DNA of 64,000 nt, taken from positions 69,912-133,911 of the forward strand of contig CADBKQ010000003.1 in the NCBI GenBank assembly GCA_902795275.1, read 5' to 3'. Positions 17,906-27,768 of this stretch are shown here, piece by piece; the first letter of the stretch is position 1; the number at the start of each line of letters is the position of its first letter. Position numbers and translations under genes: made by a program. The notes beneath the pieces are model-generated. The model made no database searches, was not told the DNA's origin, and saw nothing but the letters and a program-made list of their open reading frames with translations. The stretch comes from an uncultured Eubacteriales bacterium. Its GTDB lineage: Bacteria > Bacillota > Clostridia > Christensenellales > Aristaeellaceae.

Positions 17906-18474
17906 ATTGTGGATTCAGGCCAATCCATCGGGCGGGGAACGCCGTTTTCCAGCAGGGTCACGCAGATGTGCCCGGCGCCTTCATAGGGTACGCGCCCTCC
18001 GGCCCTTCCCAGCACAGCGCCTTTGCGCACCGTCTGGTCGGGCGACACATCGATTTGTTTCAAGCCCCGGTACAGGGTTTCCAGCCCATCCCCGTGATCG
18101 AGGCGCACGCAGCCTTCTTCGCAGGACACCACCATTCCCGCCAGCATGGCGTACACCCTGTCTCCCGCCACCGCCTCAAAGTCTGCGGCAGGATGAACGC
18201 GCCACATGCGGGAGGCGGGAAAGAACACGGGCGCATCACTGTACCCGCGAAGCAGCTTGCCTTCCGCCGGTCTGCCATAGTCTTTCTCCTCCGGCGGCGG
18301 CGTAACCTGGGAAAGCCTCTGGCTCTGGTCGGACAGCGCCTGACGCCCGCTGATTTCCCCGGCCCGCTGCTCCCGCGTCCAGGCCGCCGACAGCAGAATC
18401 ACCCCCGCGCACAGCAGCGCCAGCAAATAATGTCCCCAGCCCTCAAAGCCGCGGCGAAGACGTTTTAGCATCAT
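17899..18474 (-). CDS. M23/LytM-family peptidoglycan metalloendopeptidase, N-terminal membrane anchor
   Basis: 191-aa ORF with a TM helix (HYLLALLCAGVILLSAAW) and a LytM-like C-terminal domain (HPAADF...DHGDGLETLY...G...H). Confidence 0.75.
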   Translation of the reverse strand: MMLKRLRRGFEGWGHYLLALLCAGVILLSAAWTREQRAGEISGRQALSDQSQRLSQVTPPPEEKDYGRPAEGKLLRGYSDAPVFFPASRMWRVHPAADFEAVAGDRVYAMLAGMVVSCEEGCVRLDHGDGLETLYRGLKQIDVSPDQTVRKGAVLGRAGGRVPYEGAGHICVTLLENGVPRPMDWPESTIK

Positions 18475-18504
18475 GATACTCCTGGATTGGACACTATCAG
18501 TAAC

Positions 18505-18618
18505 GGAGGGATTAGGGAATAGGGATTAGGGATTAGTTATTTTGTTTTGCTATTTCGTTAGTTTCCAATCGTGTTGCACACGATCTTTACAAATCCCTAT
18601 TCCCTAATCCCTAATCCC
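18505..18618. repeat. Heptad-arm palindromic element, copy E (TAGGGAT class)
   Basis: The left arm ggagggattagggaatagggattagggattag (18505-18536) is the inverted repeat of aatccctattccctaatccctaatccc (18592-18618). Loop is about 55 nt. Confidence 0.9.
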
Positions 18619-18662
18619 TTTTTAACTTAAAGGTTCCTCTCAGCAACAAATCATTCCCCGTC

Positions 18663-19901
18663 TTACTGGTAAATCCTCCCCAGCGTGGTATTGTCCAGCG
18701 TGCGGTTCTGCAATCCGGGAATGGGGCTGGGGGCGACCTCGGCGCGGTAGTCCTTCCCGCGGCGGCGGATGGCCCGATCGATCACCTGATGGCTGGGCAC
18801 CGTGTCCACGTTGGCGTTCACCGCCTTCTGATACACAAAGAAATCATAGTCCTTGGGCAGCATGTTCACGGGCTTGAAGATTTCCTTTTCCGCCGTGAAA
18901 TCCACCATGTTCAGCGCGGCGCGGATATAGTCGATGTTGGATTCAAAATGGAAGGGCTCGGGGAATTCCCCGCCGGGAATCACCTGCTGCCAGTCCTTCT
19001 TTTCGTACTGCCTGAGCAGGTCGGCGGCCTTGTGCAGGTGGCTGACTTCCATCTGGAAGAAGTCCTCCCATACTTTCCGCACGTTCTGGTCGGTCTCGTC
19101 CTCCATGCAGGAGTAATAGAGATACGCCTCCACATACTGGTGCATCAGCAGCCCTTCCAGCCAGGAGCAGTTGGGGTCCAGGAGGCTTCCGTACTGGGTC
19201 ACGTGCTGCTCCTCGATCATGCCGATTTCCTGGTACAGCTTGCGGCCCAGGTCAGAGGTGTAGAAGCCGCACACGTTCATGTAATAGTTCATGGTCTGCT
19301 GCTCGGCGGCGGTAATGATCTGCACCGCCATCTTGTCAAACAGCGCGGCGTCGGGCTTGCCGGGCATGCACAGGGCGTCCATGGGGCAGCGGTGCTCGGA
19401 GATGGTGGGGCGGCCCGGCATGATTTCCGTGTATTCGCCCACGAACTTTTCCGCGTACTGGCCATGCTCCATTTCCATCAGGTCGGCGTAGCGGTACAGG
19501 TGGTCGAAGTCCTCCAGCAGCGCAAAGTCCAGGGCGGATTTCACGTTGGCGCAGGTGACGCGCTTCGCCAGCCCGGCGGTCAGATCGACAGCCAATTGCT
19601 CATAGCCGATGGTGTGCTCCAGCACGGTTTCGTCCATAGGCTTTAAGCACGCGATTTTCTTTTGCTGCTGCTGTTCCTGGCGGCGCATCATGGCCAGCTC
19701 CCGGCGCAGGTCGTTGTTGCTTTCGTGGCGGTGGAACTGGTGGGAATACCCGGCGGACTCAAACTCCGTGCCGTTCATCAGGATGACGCGCACCCGGGTG
19801 TAAGGGTCTGTTTCCATCTTGTCATAAGGGGCGGGATAGAGGCGCTGCCAGTCCATGAACTGGTCGGCTGTCTTTTCGGGTTTCAATTGAAACGGATTCA
19901 T
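18663..19901 (-). CDS. Ferritin-like/di-iron-carboxylate-like protein of unknown function
   Basis: The start MNPFQLKPEK at 19901 has an AGGAGG RBS. EXXH motifs are present (MEMEHGQ, IEEQHVTQ). No closer family recognised. The track ORF start at 20078 is an extension. Confidence 0.55.
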   Translation of the reverse strand: MNPFQLKPEKTADQFMDWQRLYPAPYDKMETDPYTRVRVILMNGTEFESAGYSHQFHRHESNNDLRRELAMMRRQEQQQQKKIACLKPMDETVLEHTIGYEQLAVDLTAGLAKRVTCANVKSALDFALLEDFDHLYRYADLMEMEHGQYAEKFVGEYTEIMPGRPTISEHRCPMDALCMPGKPDAALFDKMAVQIITAAEQQTMNYYMNVCGFYTSDLGRKLYQEIGMIEEQHVTQYGSLLDPNCSWLEGLLMHQYVEAYLYYSCMEDETDQNVRKVWEDFFQMEVSHLHKAADLLRQYEKKDWQQVIPGGEFPEPFHFESNIDYIRAALNMVDFTAEKEIFKPVNMLPKDYDFFVYQKAVNANVDTVPSHQVIDRAIRRRGKDYRAEVAPSPIPGLQNRTLDNTTLGRIYQ

Positions 19902-20083
19902 GCTTTTTCCTCCTTGCGGTTTCTCGCTGTTGTTATTCCCAGAAATGGGTAAAAGCATGCAGCCCTCGAGTTGTTTTTTTGTTCTTTCCGGCGGCGGGCG
20001 CATTTTCCCCTTGTTCCATCGGGTTTTGTCTGGTATAATGCTTTTCGTACCGCGGGGATACCAAACCACAGGGAGCACAACGA

Positions 20084-21214
20084 ATGAACACCACCATCCG
20101 GCGCGTTTCGCTGCCAGACCACCGGCGCATTCTGATGATCAGCGACATTCACGGCCATGCGGACGGACTGCGGGTCATCCTGGACAAAGCCCGGTTCACC
20201 CAGGACGACGTGCTGATCATCCTGGGCGACCTGATTGAGAAAGGCCCCCAAAGCCTGGACACCGTTCGCCTGGTGATGCGCCTGTGCGAGACGCACACAG
20301 TCTATCCGCTGATGGGCAACGTGGATCTGTGGCGCTGGGAGTTCTTCACCGAACAGCGCAGCGCCGACTGGCCCCGGATGGCGAACTACGCCTTCAACGC
20401 CAAGGGCTGGTGGGGCAGCAGCCTGCTCCACGAAATGTGCGACGAGATGGGCGAACCGCTGACAAGGGAAACCAATATCGACCAACTGCTACCCAGAATC
20501 CGGGAACGCTTCCAGGCGGAAATCAGCTTTCTGGGAACCCTGCCCACCATCCTGGAAACCCAGCGGATGATCTTCGTCCACGGCGGCATCCCCCACGAAC
20601 GGCTGGACGAACTGGAAGGGACGGACGCCTTTCCGATCCTGAAGTATGACGACTTCTACAGCGCGGGGCTGTCCTTCCAAAAGTATGTGGTGACCGGCCA
20701 CTGGCCCACCGTGCTGTACAGCAGAACCTATCCCGTCTATGAACCGATCATCGACCGGGCGCGGCACATCATCTGCCTGGACGGGGCCTGCGGGGTCAAG
20801 ACGGAGGGCCAGCTGAACCTGCTGATCCTGCCCGATTGGAGAAGCGATGATTATTCCCTGCTCACCTGGGACGATCTGCCGCTCATCACCGCCCTGGACA
20901 GCCAGGAAGGTTCGCCCAAAGAGGACGCCCGCTACATCCCCTGGAACGACCATGCGGTGGAACTGATCGAACGGGGCGAAGAAGTGAGCAGCGTGCTGTA
21001 CCACGGCAGGCCCATGACCGTGCCGACGAATTACATCTTTACCCATAACGGAGTGCTGAGCTGCATTGACACCACGGATTATGTGCTGCCCGTGTCGCCC
21101 GGCGACCGGCTTTCCCTGATCCTGAAACTGAATTACGGCTGCTTTGTGAAGAAGGACAGCATTTCCGGCTGGTACTTTGGACGATATAAAACGAACGAGG
21201 TGAACGAACCATGA
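20084..21214 (+). CDS. Calcineurin-like metallophosphoesterase (PPP-type) with a C-terminal extra domain
   Basis: Motifs ISDIHGH, GDLIEKG, GNVD and VHGG. The stop overlaps the argH start (ATGA). Confidence 0.8.
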   Translation: MNTTIRRVSLPDHRRILMISDIHGHADGLRVILDKARFTQDDVLIILGDLIEKGPQSLDTVRLVMRLCETHTVYPLMGNVDLWRWEFFTEQRSADWPRMANYAFNAKGWWGSSLLHEMCDEMGEPLTRETNIDQLLPRIRERFQAEISFLGTLPTILETQRMIFVHGGIPHERLDELEGTDAFPILKYDDFYSAGLSFQKYVVTGHWPTVLYSRTYPVYEPIIDRARHIICLDGACGVKTEGQLNLLILPDWRSDDYSLLTWDDLPLITALDSQEGSPKEDARYIPWNDHAVELIERGEEVSSVLYHGRPMTVPTNYIFTHNGVLSCIDTTDYVLPVSPGDRLSLILKLNYGCFVKKDSISGWYFGRYKTNEVNEP

Positions 21215-22590
21215 AGCTGTGGGGCGGACGATTCGAGAAAGAAACCAATCAGATGGTGGACGATTTCCATTCCTCCATTTCCTTTGACAAGCGGCTGTAT
21301 CCCCAGGACATCCGGGGCAGCATGGCCCACGCGAAAATGCTCTGCAAGCAGGGCATCATCAGCCAGGAGGACGAGGCCGCCATCCAGCAGGGCCTGGCGG
21401 GCATATTGGCCGACATGCAGGCGGGTAAGGTGGATTTCCCCGCCGAGAGCGAGGACATCCACATGCTGGTGGAGCAGATCTTGACGGCGCGCATCGGCGA
21501 CGCGGGCAAGAGATTGCACACCGGGCGCAGCCGCAACGACCAGGTGGCCACCGACATGCACCTGTACGCCATGGATACCTGCGGCCAGACAATGGCCATG
21601 CTGCTGGATCTGGAAAAGGTGATTCTTGACCTGGCGGAACAGCACGCCAGCGACGTGATGCCGGGCTACACCCATTTGCAGCGGGCGCAGCCCATCACCC
21701 TGGGCCACCATTTGATGGCGTACTTTGAGATGTTCAAGCGCGATTACCGCCGGGTAATGAACGCCAAACAGTCCGCCGACTGCTGCCCCCTGGGCTGCGG
21801 CGCGCTGGCGGGAACGACTTATCCCCTGGACCGGGAATTCACCGCGAAGGAGCTGGGCTTCTCCGCCGTGAGTCAGAACAGCCTGGACGGGGTATCCGAC
21901 CGGGATTTCCTGCTGGACTACCTCTCCGCCGCCTCCATCGGCATGATGCACCTTTCCCGTTTCTGCGAGGAACTGGTGCTGTGGAGCAGCCTGGAATTCG
22001 GTTTCCTGACCCTGGACGACGGCTTCGCCACCGGCTCCTCCATGATGCCGCAGAAGAAAAACCCCGACGTGGCCGAACTCATCCGTGGCAAGACGGGCCG
22101 GGTCTACGGCGACCTGACGGCGCTGCTGACGGTGATGAAGGGCCTGCCCCTGGCCTACAACAAGGACATGCAGGAGGACAAGGAAAACTATTTCGACGCC
22201 CGGGATACCTGGCTCAAGTGCATGCATGTATTCACCGAAATGCTGCGCACCGCCACGTTCCGGGTGGAGCGCATGGAAAAGAGCGCCAGCGCGGGCTTTG
22301 CCAATGCCACCGACTGCGCGGACTATCTGGTGAAGCGCGGCGTACCCTTCCGGGACGCCCACGCCGTGGCGGGCCGTTTGGTGGCCCACTGCCTGGAAAA
22401 GGGCTGCGCCCTGGACGACCTGAGCCTGGACGAGCTGCGCGCCTTCTCCCCTGCTTTCGCTGAAGATGTGTACGGCGCCATTTCCCTCCAATCTTGCGTC
22501 GCCGCCCGGAGCCTCATCGGCGGCCCGGCCCCGGAACGGGTGCTGGCGGCGGTCAAGGCCGGGAAAGAATGGCTGAAAGCCTGCGAATAA
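21211..22590 (+). CDS. argH: Argininosuccinate lyase
   Basis: MKLWGGRFEKETNQMVDDFHSSISFD start, with the fumarate-lyase signature GSSMMPQKKNPD. Confidence 0.97.
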   Translation: MKLWGGRFEKETNQMVDDFHSSISFDKRLYPQDIRGSMAHAKMLCKQGIISQEDEAAIQQGLAGILADMQAGKVDFPAESEDIHMLVEQILTARIGDAGKRLHTGRSRNDQVATDMHLYAMDTCGQTMAMLLDLEKVILDLAEQHASDVMPGYTHLQRAQPITLGHHLMAYFEMFKRDYRRVMNAKQSADCCPLGCGALAGTTYPLDREFTAKELGFSAVSQNSLDGVSDRDFLLDYLSAASIGMMHLSRFCEELVLWSSLEFGFLTLDDGFATGSSMMPQKKNPDVAELIRGKTGRVYGDLTALLTVMKGLPLAYNKDMQEDKENYFDARDTWLKCMHVFTEMLRTATFRVERMEKSASAGFANATDCADYLVKRGVPFRDAHAVAGRLVAHCLEKGCALDDLSLDELRAFSPAFAEDVYGAISLQSCVAARSLIGGPAPERVLAAVKAGKEWLKACE

Positions 22591-22623
22591 TCCCCCGTTC
22601 AGAGGAAGAGAGAGGGCAAAAAT

Positions 22624-23733
22624 ATGTTTGATTATCTGATTGTCGGGGCGGGGCTGTTCGGGGCCGTGTTCGCCCACGAAGCGAAGGCCGCGGGTAAAAC
22701 CGCGCTGGTCATCGACAAGCGGCCCCACGTGGCGGGCAATGTGTATACCCGGAACGTGGAAGGCATCAACGTGCACGAATACGGCGCGCATATCTTCCAC
22801 ACGAACAATAAAACCGTCTGGGACTATGTGCAGCGCTTCGCGGAATTCAACCGCTTCACCAACGCCCCCGTGGCGAATTACAGGGGCGAGCTGTTCAGCC
22901 TGCCCTTCAACATGTACACCTTCAACAAAATGTGGGGCGTGGTGACGCCGGAGCAGGCCGCGGCGAAGATCGCGGCGCAGCGGAAGGAAATCACCGGCGA
23001 ACCCCGCAACTTGGAGGAACAAGCCATTTCCCTGGTGGGCCGGGATATTTACGAAAAGCTCATCAAGGGCTACACCGAAAAGCAGTGGGGCCGCGACTGC
23101 CGCGACCTGCCCGCCTTCATCATCAAGCGCCTGCCGGTGCGCCTGACCTTTGATAACAATTATTTCAACGCGCTCTACCAGGGCATTCCCGTGGGCGGCT
23201 ATACCAGGATGGTGGAGAATATGCTTGCGGGCGCGGACGTGCGGCTGGGCGAGGATTATTTGGAAAACAAAGAGAAATGGGATGCCATGGCCCGCCGGGT
23301 CATTTACACCGGCCCCATCGACGCCTATTTCCATTATTCGCTGGGTACGCTGGCCTACCGTTCCGTGCGGTTTGAAACTGAGCTGCTGGACATGCCCAAC
23401 TTCCAGGGCAACGCCGCCGTCAACTACACCGACCGGGAAACGCCCTGGACGCGCATCATCGAGCACAAATGGTTTGAATTCGGCAAGGACGCGGAAGGCC
23501 GCGACCTGCCCAAGACCGTGATTTCCCGGGAGTATTCCTCGGAATGGAAGCCCGGCGACGAGCCCTATTATCCCGTCAACGACGAAAAGAACGGCAGCCT
23601 GTACGCCGCCTACAAAGCCCTGGCGGGCAAAGAGGAGCGCGTCGTTTTCGGCGGCCGCCTGGGCGAATACAAGTATTACGATATGGACCAGGTGATCGCC
23701 TCCGCCCTGCAATGCGCGAAGCGGGAACTGTAA
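22624..23733 (+). CDS. glf: UDP-galactopyranose mutase
   Basis: MFDYLIVGAGLFGAVFA FAD motif and a full-length Glf-like body (…IFHTNN…YTEKQWG…). Confidence 0.92.
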   Translation: MFDYLIVGAGLFGAVFAHEAKAAGKTALVIDKRPHVAGNVYTRNVEGINVHEYGAHIFHTNNKTVWDYVQRFAEFNRFTNAPVANYRGELFSLPFNMYTFNKMWGVVTPEQAAAKIAAQRKEITGEPRNLEEQAISLVGRDIYEKLIKGYTEKQWGRDCRDLPAFIIKRLPVRLTFDNNYFNALYQGIPVGGYTRMVENMLAGADVRLGEDYLENKEKWDAMARRVIYTGPIDAYFHYSLGTLAYRSVRFETELLDMPNFQGNAAVNYTDRETPWTRIIEHKWFEFGKDAEGRDLPKTVISREYSSEWKPGDEPYYPVNDEKNGSLYAAYKALAGKEERVVFGGRLGEYKYYDMDQVIASALQCAKREL

Positions 23734-23740
23734 TCCTCCC

Positions 23741-23787
23741 AAAAAACACGGGCGCTGCAGCATGTACCGCAGCGCCCGTGTTTTTTT
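23741..23787. terminator. Bidirectional intrinsic terminator
   Basis: aaaaaacacgggcgctgc...gcagcgcccgtgttttttt, between convergent glf and glyA. Confidence 0.85.
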
Positions 23788-23794
23788 CATTTAT

Positions 23795-25033
23795 TTATTG
23801 CTGATACAGCGGATAATGCTTCATCAGTTCTTCCACCTGGGCGCGCACCTGCGGCACGGCGGCTTCGCCTTCGCGGAGCACCTTGGCGATCCATCCGGCG
23901 ATCTTCACCATCTCCGGCTCTTTCAGGCCGCGGGTGGTGGCGGCGGGCGTGCCGACGCGGATGCCGCTGGTCACGAAGGGGCTGCGGGTCTCGTTGGGCA
24001 CGGTGTTTTTGTTGACCGTGATATTGGCGTCCTCCAGCAGCGCTTCCATCAGCTTGCCGGTCATCTCGGTGCCGGTAAAGTCCAGGAGCAGCAGGTGGTT
24101 GTCCGTGCCGCCGGACACCATGCGCACGCCCTCCGCCCGGAAAGCGTTCTCCAGCGCCTTGGCGTTTTTCACGATCTGCTTCTGGTAGGCCTTGAATTCG
24201 TCCTTCATCGCTTCGCCGAAGCACACCGCCTTGCCCGCGATGATATGCTCCAGCGGGCCGCCCTGGGTGCCGGGGAAGATGGCCTTGTCGATGGCCTTGG
24301 CGTACTGCTCGCGGCACAGGATCATGCCGCCCCGGGGCCCGCGCAGGGTCTTGTGGGTGGTGGTGGTCACGATATCGGCGTAAGGCACGGGGCTGGGATG
24401 CTCGCCCGCGGCCACCAGGCCCGCGATGTGCGCCATGTCCACCATCAGCAGGGAGCCCACTTCGTCGGCGATCTCCCGCAGCTTTTCAAAGTCGATCACC
24501 CGGGGATAGGCCGACGCGCCCGCCACGATCAGCTTGGGCTCGTGTTTGAGGGCCAGATGCCGCACCTCGTCGTAGTCGATGGTCTCGGTTTCCTTGTTCA
24601 CGCCGTAAGGCACAAAATTGAAATACGCCCCGCTCATGTTTACCGGGCTGCCGTGGGTCAGGTGGCCGCCGTTGCTCAGGCTCATGCCCATCACCGTGTC
24701 GCCGGGCTTGAGCAGCGCGAAATACACGGCCATGTTGGCCTGGGCGCCGCTGTGGGGCTGCACGTTGGCATGGTCGGCGCCGAAGAGCTCGCAGGCGCGC
24801 TTGCGGGCCAATTCTTCCACGATGTCCACATATTCGCAGCCGCCGTAATACCGCTTGCCCGGATAGCCCTCGGCATATTTGTTCGTCAGGCACGTGCCCA
24901 TCGCCGCCATCACCGCGGGGGAAACAAAGTTCTCGCTGGCAATCAGCTCAATGTGCGTGCGCTGGCGGTTCAGTTCCAGTTCTATCGCTTCCGCGACTTC
25001 GGGGTCCGCTGAGCGGATCAGTTCCAATTCCAT
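23795..25033 (-). CDS. glyA: Serine hydroxymethyltransferase
   Basis: The start [24 protein letters not shown] at 25033 has a GGAGGA RBS. PLP site [14 protein letters not shown]. The track ORF start at 25159 is an extension. Confidence 0.97.
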   Translation of the reverse strand: MELELIRSADPEVAEAIELELNRQRTHIELIASENFVSPAVMAAMGTCLTNKYAEGYPGKRYYGGCEYVDIVEELARKRACELFGADHANVQPHSGAQANMAVYFALLKPGDTVMGMSLSNGGHLTHGSPVNMSGAYFNFVPYGVNKETETIDYDEVRHLALKHEPKLIVAGASAYPRVIDFEKLREIADEVGSLLMVDMAHIAGLVAAGEHPSPVPYADIVTTTTHKTLRGPRGGMILCREQYAKAIDKAIFPGTQGGPLEHIIAGKAVCFGEAMKDEFKAYQKQIVKNAKALENAFRAEGVRMVSGGTDNHLLLLDFTGTEMTGKLMEALLEDANITVNKNTVPNETRSPFVTSGIRVGTPAATTRGLKEPEMVKIAGWIAKVLREGEAAVPQVRAQVEELMKHYPLYQQ

Positions 25034-25238
25034 CTGGCGTGTCCTCCATGAAGTAGTATCGTTCACAGTATACCAGCACAGGAAAAGAACGGCAAGAGCG
25101 GATACAGAAAAAGTACCGTCCGGCCGTGCATCGCATTTCTGCCGGGGATTTCCCGCCATGCTTTACTTTTCGGGCGGCGTATGATATGATAGGAAAGAAA
25201 TCAACCGGTGAATACAAACGCGGAAAGGAGCAAAGCTC

Positions 25239-25910
25239 ATGAAAAAGAGTCTTTCCATCCTGCTGGCGGCGGTCCTTCTGTGCGCGGCGCTTCCCTGGGC
25301 GCAGGCGGAGACCTGGTACTGTCCCCAGTGCGGCAACAAGAATTTCTACAATTTCTGTCCCCAATGCGGCACGGCGAAGCCCGTCTACACCGCTCCCCAA
25401 TCCAGCGGATGGAGCGGATACTACACTGACTACGCTTACGTGCCTGCCACGCTCAACAGCCGCCTGGCTTCCCGCACCGGCCCCAGCACCACTTACGACG
25501 AGCCCGGCAGCTTCTTTTCTGCGGGAACCACCGTGAATGTGCTTTCCCGCGCTTATGACAACCGGAACAATATCTGGTGGGTGCAGGTGGAGTTTTTCTA
25601 CGGCGGCGCGGCGTACCGGGTGTATACGGGCGTGAAACGCTTTAGCAACCTGAACCTGAACGCCATTCCGGAAGAATACCAGATCGGTACGTGCACCCTG
25701 AGAGGCAGTGTGATCGGTCGTTATGGCCCCGGCAACGCCTATGCGGCGATCGGGCGCAGCCTGCCCGGCTACGCCGCCTGCAAGGTGTTTGCTTATGCGG
25801 ACGGCGGAAACGGCGACTATGTGCAGATCGAATGCTACGACAGCGGCCTGTCGCAATACCGCCGCGCCTGGGTGCCCGTTTCATCGGTCAGCGGCCTGAC
25901 CCTGTATTGA
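25239..25910 (+). CDS. Secreted or anchored protein: N-terminal hydrophobic segment, CxxC-x11-CxxC zinc-ribbon-like motif, SH3b-like repeats
   Basis: MKKSLSILLAAVLLCAALPWAQA|ETWYCPQCGNKNFYNFCPQCG, followed by two Trp/Tyr-rich beta-type modules. Confidence 0.6.
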   Translation: MKKSLSILLAAVLLCAALPWAQAETWYCPQCGNKNFYNFCPQCGTAKPVYTAPQSSGWSGYYTDYAYVPATLNSRLASRTGPSTTYDEPGSFFSAGTTVNVLSRAYDNRNNIWWVQVEFFYGGAAYRVYTGVKRFSNLNLNAIPEEYQIGTCTLRGSVIGRYGPGNAYAAIGRSLPGYAACKVFAYADGGNGDYVQIECYDSGLSQYRRAWVPVSSVSGLTLY

Positions 25911-26052
25911 ACGGAACAAATTTAGTACTTTTCTTTTGGACGGTTATTTGCTATACTTTTATTTTGAACCGGCGCAGGCGTCTGCCGGAAAAAACGATGA
26001 CAGGGAAATATTTCCCCGACATACAGAACAAGGATAAGCGAGGGAACCTTTC

Positions 26053-27768
26053 ATGAAGAAACTGATGATCGGCAACGAAGCGGTGGCCCGCGGGGCCTAC
26101 GAGGCCGGGGTGCGCGTGGTGTGCAGCTATCCCGGCACGCCCAGCACGGAGATCACCGAATTCTGCGCCAAGTATCCCGAAATGAACTGCCAGTGGGCTC
26201 CCAACGAAAAGGTGGCCGTGGAAACCAGCTTCGGCGCGTGCATGGTGGGCGCAAGGGCGCTTTCCTGTATGAAGCACGTGGGCGTGAACGTGGCGGCGGA
26301 TCCGCTGTTCACCGCGGCCTACACCGGCGTCAACGGCGGCCTGGTGATCGCGGCGGCGGACGACCCCTTCATGCACTCCAGCCAGAACGAGCAGGACACC
26401 CGCATGATCGCCCGCAGCAGCCACATCCCCACCCTGGAGCCGGCGGACAGCCAGGAATGCCTGGACTATACCAAGCTGGCCTATGAGATTTCCGAGCAGT
26501 ACGACACCCCGGTGTTCCTGCGCCTCACCACCCGTTTGGCCCATTCCCGGTCGCCGGTGGAAACGGGCGAGCGGGCCGACGTGCCGCTGAAAGATTACGA
26601 AAAGAACCCCGGCAAATACGTAATGATGCCCGGCATGGCCCGGAAGCGCCATCTGGTGGTGGAAAAACGGGAAAAGAAGCTGACGAAGGACGCCGACAGC
26701 CTGCCCATTAACCGCGTGGAAATGCGGGATACGAAGCTGGGCGTGGTCTGCGGCGGCGTGGTGTACCAGTACGTGCGGGAAGCGCTGCCCGACGCCAGCG
26801 TGCTGAAACTCGGCATGACCTATCCCCTGCCCGAAAACATGATCCGGGACTTCGCCGCGAAGGTGGAAAAGCTGGTTGTCATCGAGGAGCTTGAACCCGT
26901 GTTCGAGCGGGACATCCGCAACCTGGGCATCGAGGTTTCCGGCAAGGACAAGACCGGCCTGCAGGGCGAGCTGTCCGCCGCGAAGATTCGCCAATTGTTC
27001 GGCGACGGCGCGGAAGCGCCCCAGGAAGCCGCGCTGCCTGGACGGCCCCCGGTGCTGTGTCCCGGCTGTCCCCACCGGGCCACCTTCTTCGCTATGAAGA
27101 AGCTGGGCCTGACCGTGTTCGGCGACATCGGCTGCTACACCCTCTGCGCCCTGCCGCCCATCAACCTGATGGATTCCACCCTCTGCATGGGCGCGTCCGT
27201 CGGCATGGCCCACGGTGCTGAAAAGGCCCGGGGCAAGGAATTCTCTAAGAAAGCTGTGGCGGTGCTGGGCGATTCCACCTTCATCCACAGCGGCATCACG
27301 CCCCTGGTGGACGCGGTGTACGGCGGCGCTTCCACCACCACCGTGATCCTGGACAACCGCATCACCGGCATGACCGGCCACCAGCAGAACGCCGCTTCCG
27401 GCAAGAACATTTTAGGCGACCCCGCGCCGCAGCTGAACCTGGAAGCTCTGTGCGAAGCCATCGGGGCCACGGTGCGCGTGTGCGACCCGCATAATTTAAA
27501 GGAATTTACGCAAATATTAAAAGAAGAAACCGAAGCCGACCACGTGTCCGTGGTCATCGCCCGGCGTCCCTGCGCCCTGCTGGACAAGCGCAGGAAGGAG
27601 CCTTCCCACATTGAGAACTGCCGCAACTGCGGGGCTTGCATGAAGATCGGCTGCCCGGCGCTCATCAAGACCGACAAAGGCGTGGTCATCGACCATACCC
27701 TGTGCGTGGGCTGCGGCCTGTGCAAGCAGGTGTGTCCCTTCGGCGCCATTCAAGGAGGCGAGGAATGA
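26053..27768 (+). CDS. iorA: Indolepyruvate:ferredoxin oxidoreductase subunit alpha
   Basis: 571-aa ORF with a TPP-enzyme N-terminus (GNEAVARGAYEAGVRVVCSYPGTPSTEI) and a C-terminal 2x[4Fe-4S] motif (CRNCGACMKIGCP...CVGCGLCKQVCP). Confidence 0.9.
   Translation: MKKLMIGNEAVARGAYEAGVRVVCSYPGTPSTEITEFCAKYPEMNCQWAPNEKVAVETSFGACMVGARALSCMKHVGVNVAADPLFTAAYTGVNGGLVIAAADDPFMHSSQNEQDTRMIARSSHIPTLEPADSQECLDYTKLAYEISEQYDTPVFLRLTTRLAHSRSPVETGERADVPLKDYEKNPGKYVMMPGMARKRHLVVEKREKKLTKDADSLPINRVEMRDTKLGVVCGGVVYQYVREALPDASVLKLGMTYPLPENMIRDFAAKVEKLVVIEELEPVFERDIRNLGIEVSGKDKTGLQGELSAAKIRQLFGDGAEAPQEAALPGRPPVLCPGCPHRATFFAMKKLGLTVFGDIGCYTLCALPPINLMDSTLCMGASVGMAHGAEKARGKEFSKKAVAVLGDSTFIHSGITPLVDAVYGGASTTTVILDNRITGMTGHQQNAASGKNILGDPAPQLNLEALCEAIGATVRVCDPHNLKEFTQILKEETEADHVSVVIARRPCALLDKRRKEPSHIENCRNCGACMKIGCPALIKTDKGVVIDHTLCVGCGLCKQVCPFGAIQGGEE

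Noticed and set aside
21133-23790. 885-aa minus-strand ORF, and similar very long ORFs in the track (for example 35850-37274 -, 9541-10869 -, 25951-27381 -, 43580-45088 +, 47678-49219 +, 14251-15936 +, 7967-9574 +, 11837-13207 -).
   Set aside because: They lie antisense to genes with unmistakable homology (argH, glf, pyrP, MATE, iorA and others). Their products are Gly/Arg/His/Ala/Pro-rich low-complexity strings with no motifs. This is the typical shadow-ORF pattern of GC-rich DNA.
25034-25238. Possible riboswitch (THF or ZTP) in the glyA upstream region.
   Set aside because: A TTGCCG-17-TATACT promoter lies only about 35 nt upstream of the glyA RBS, which leaves no room for an aptamer. No ZTP or THF consensus blocks were seen. 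The remaining sequence serves the divergent gene at 25239.
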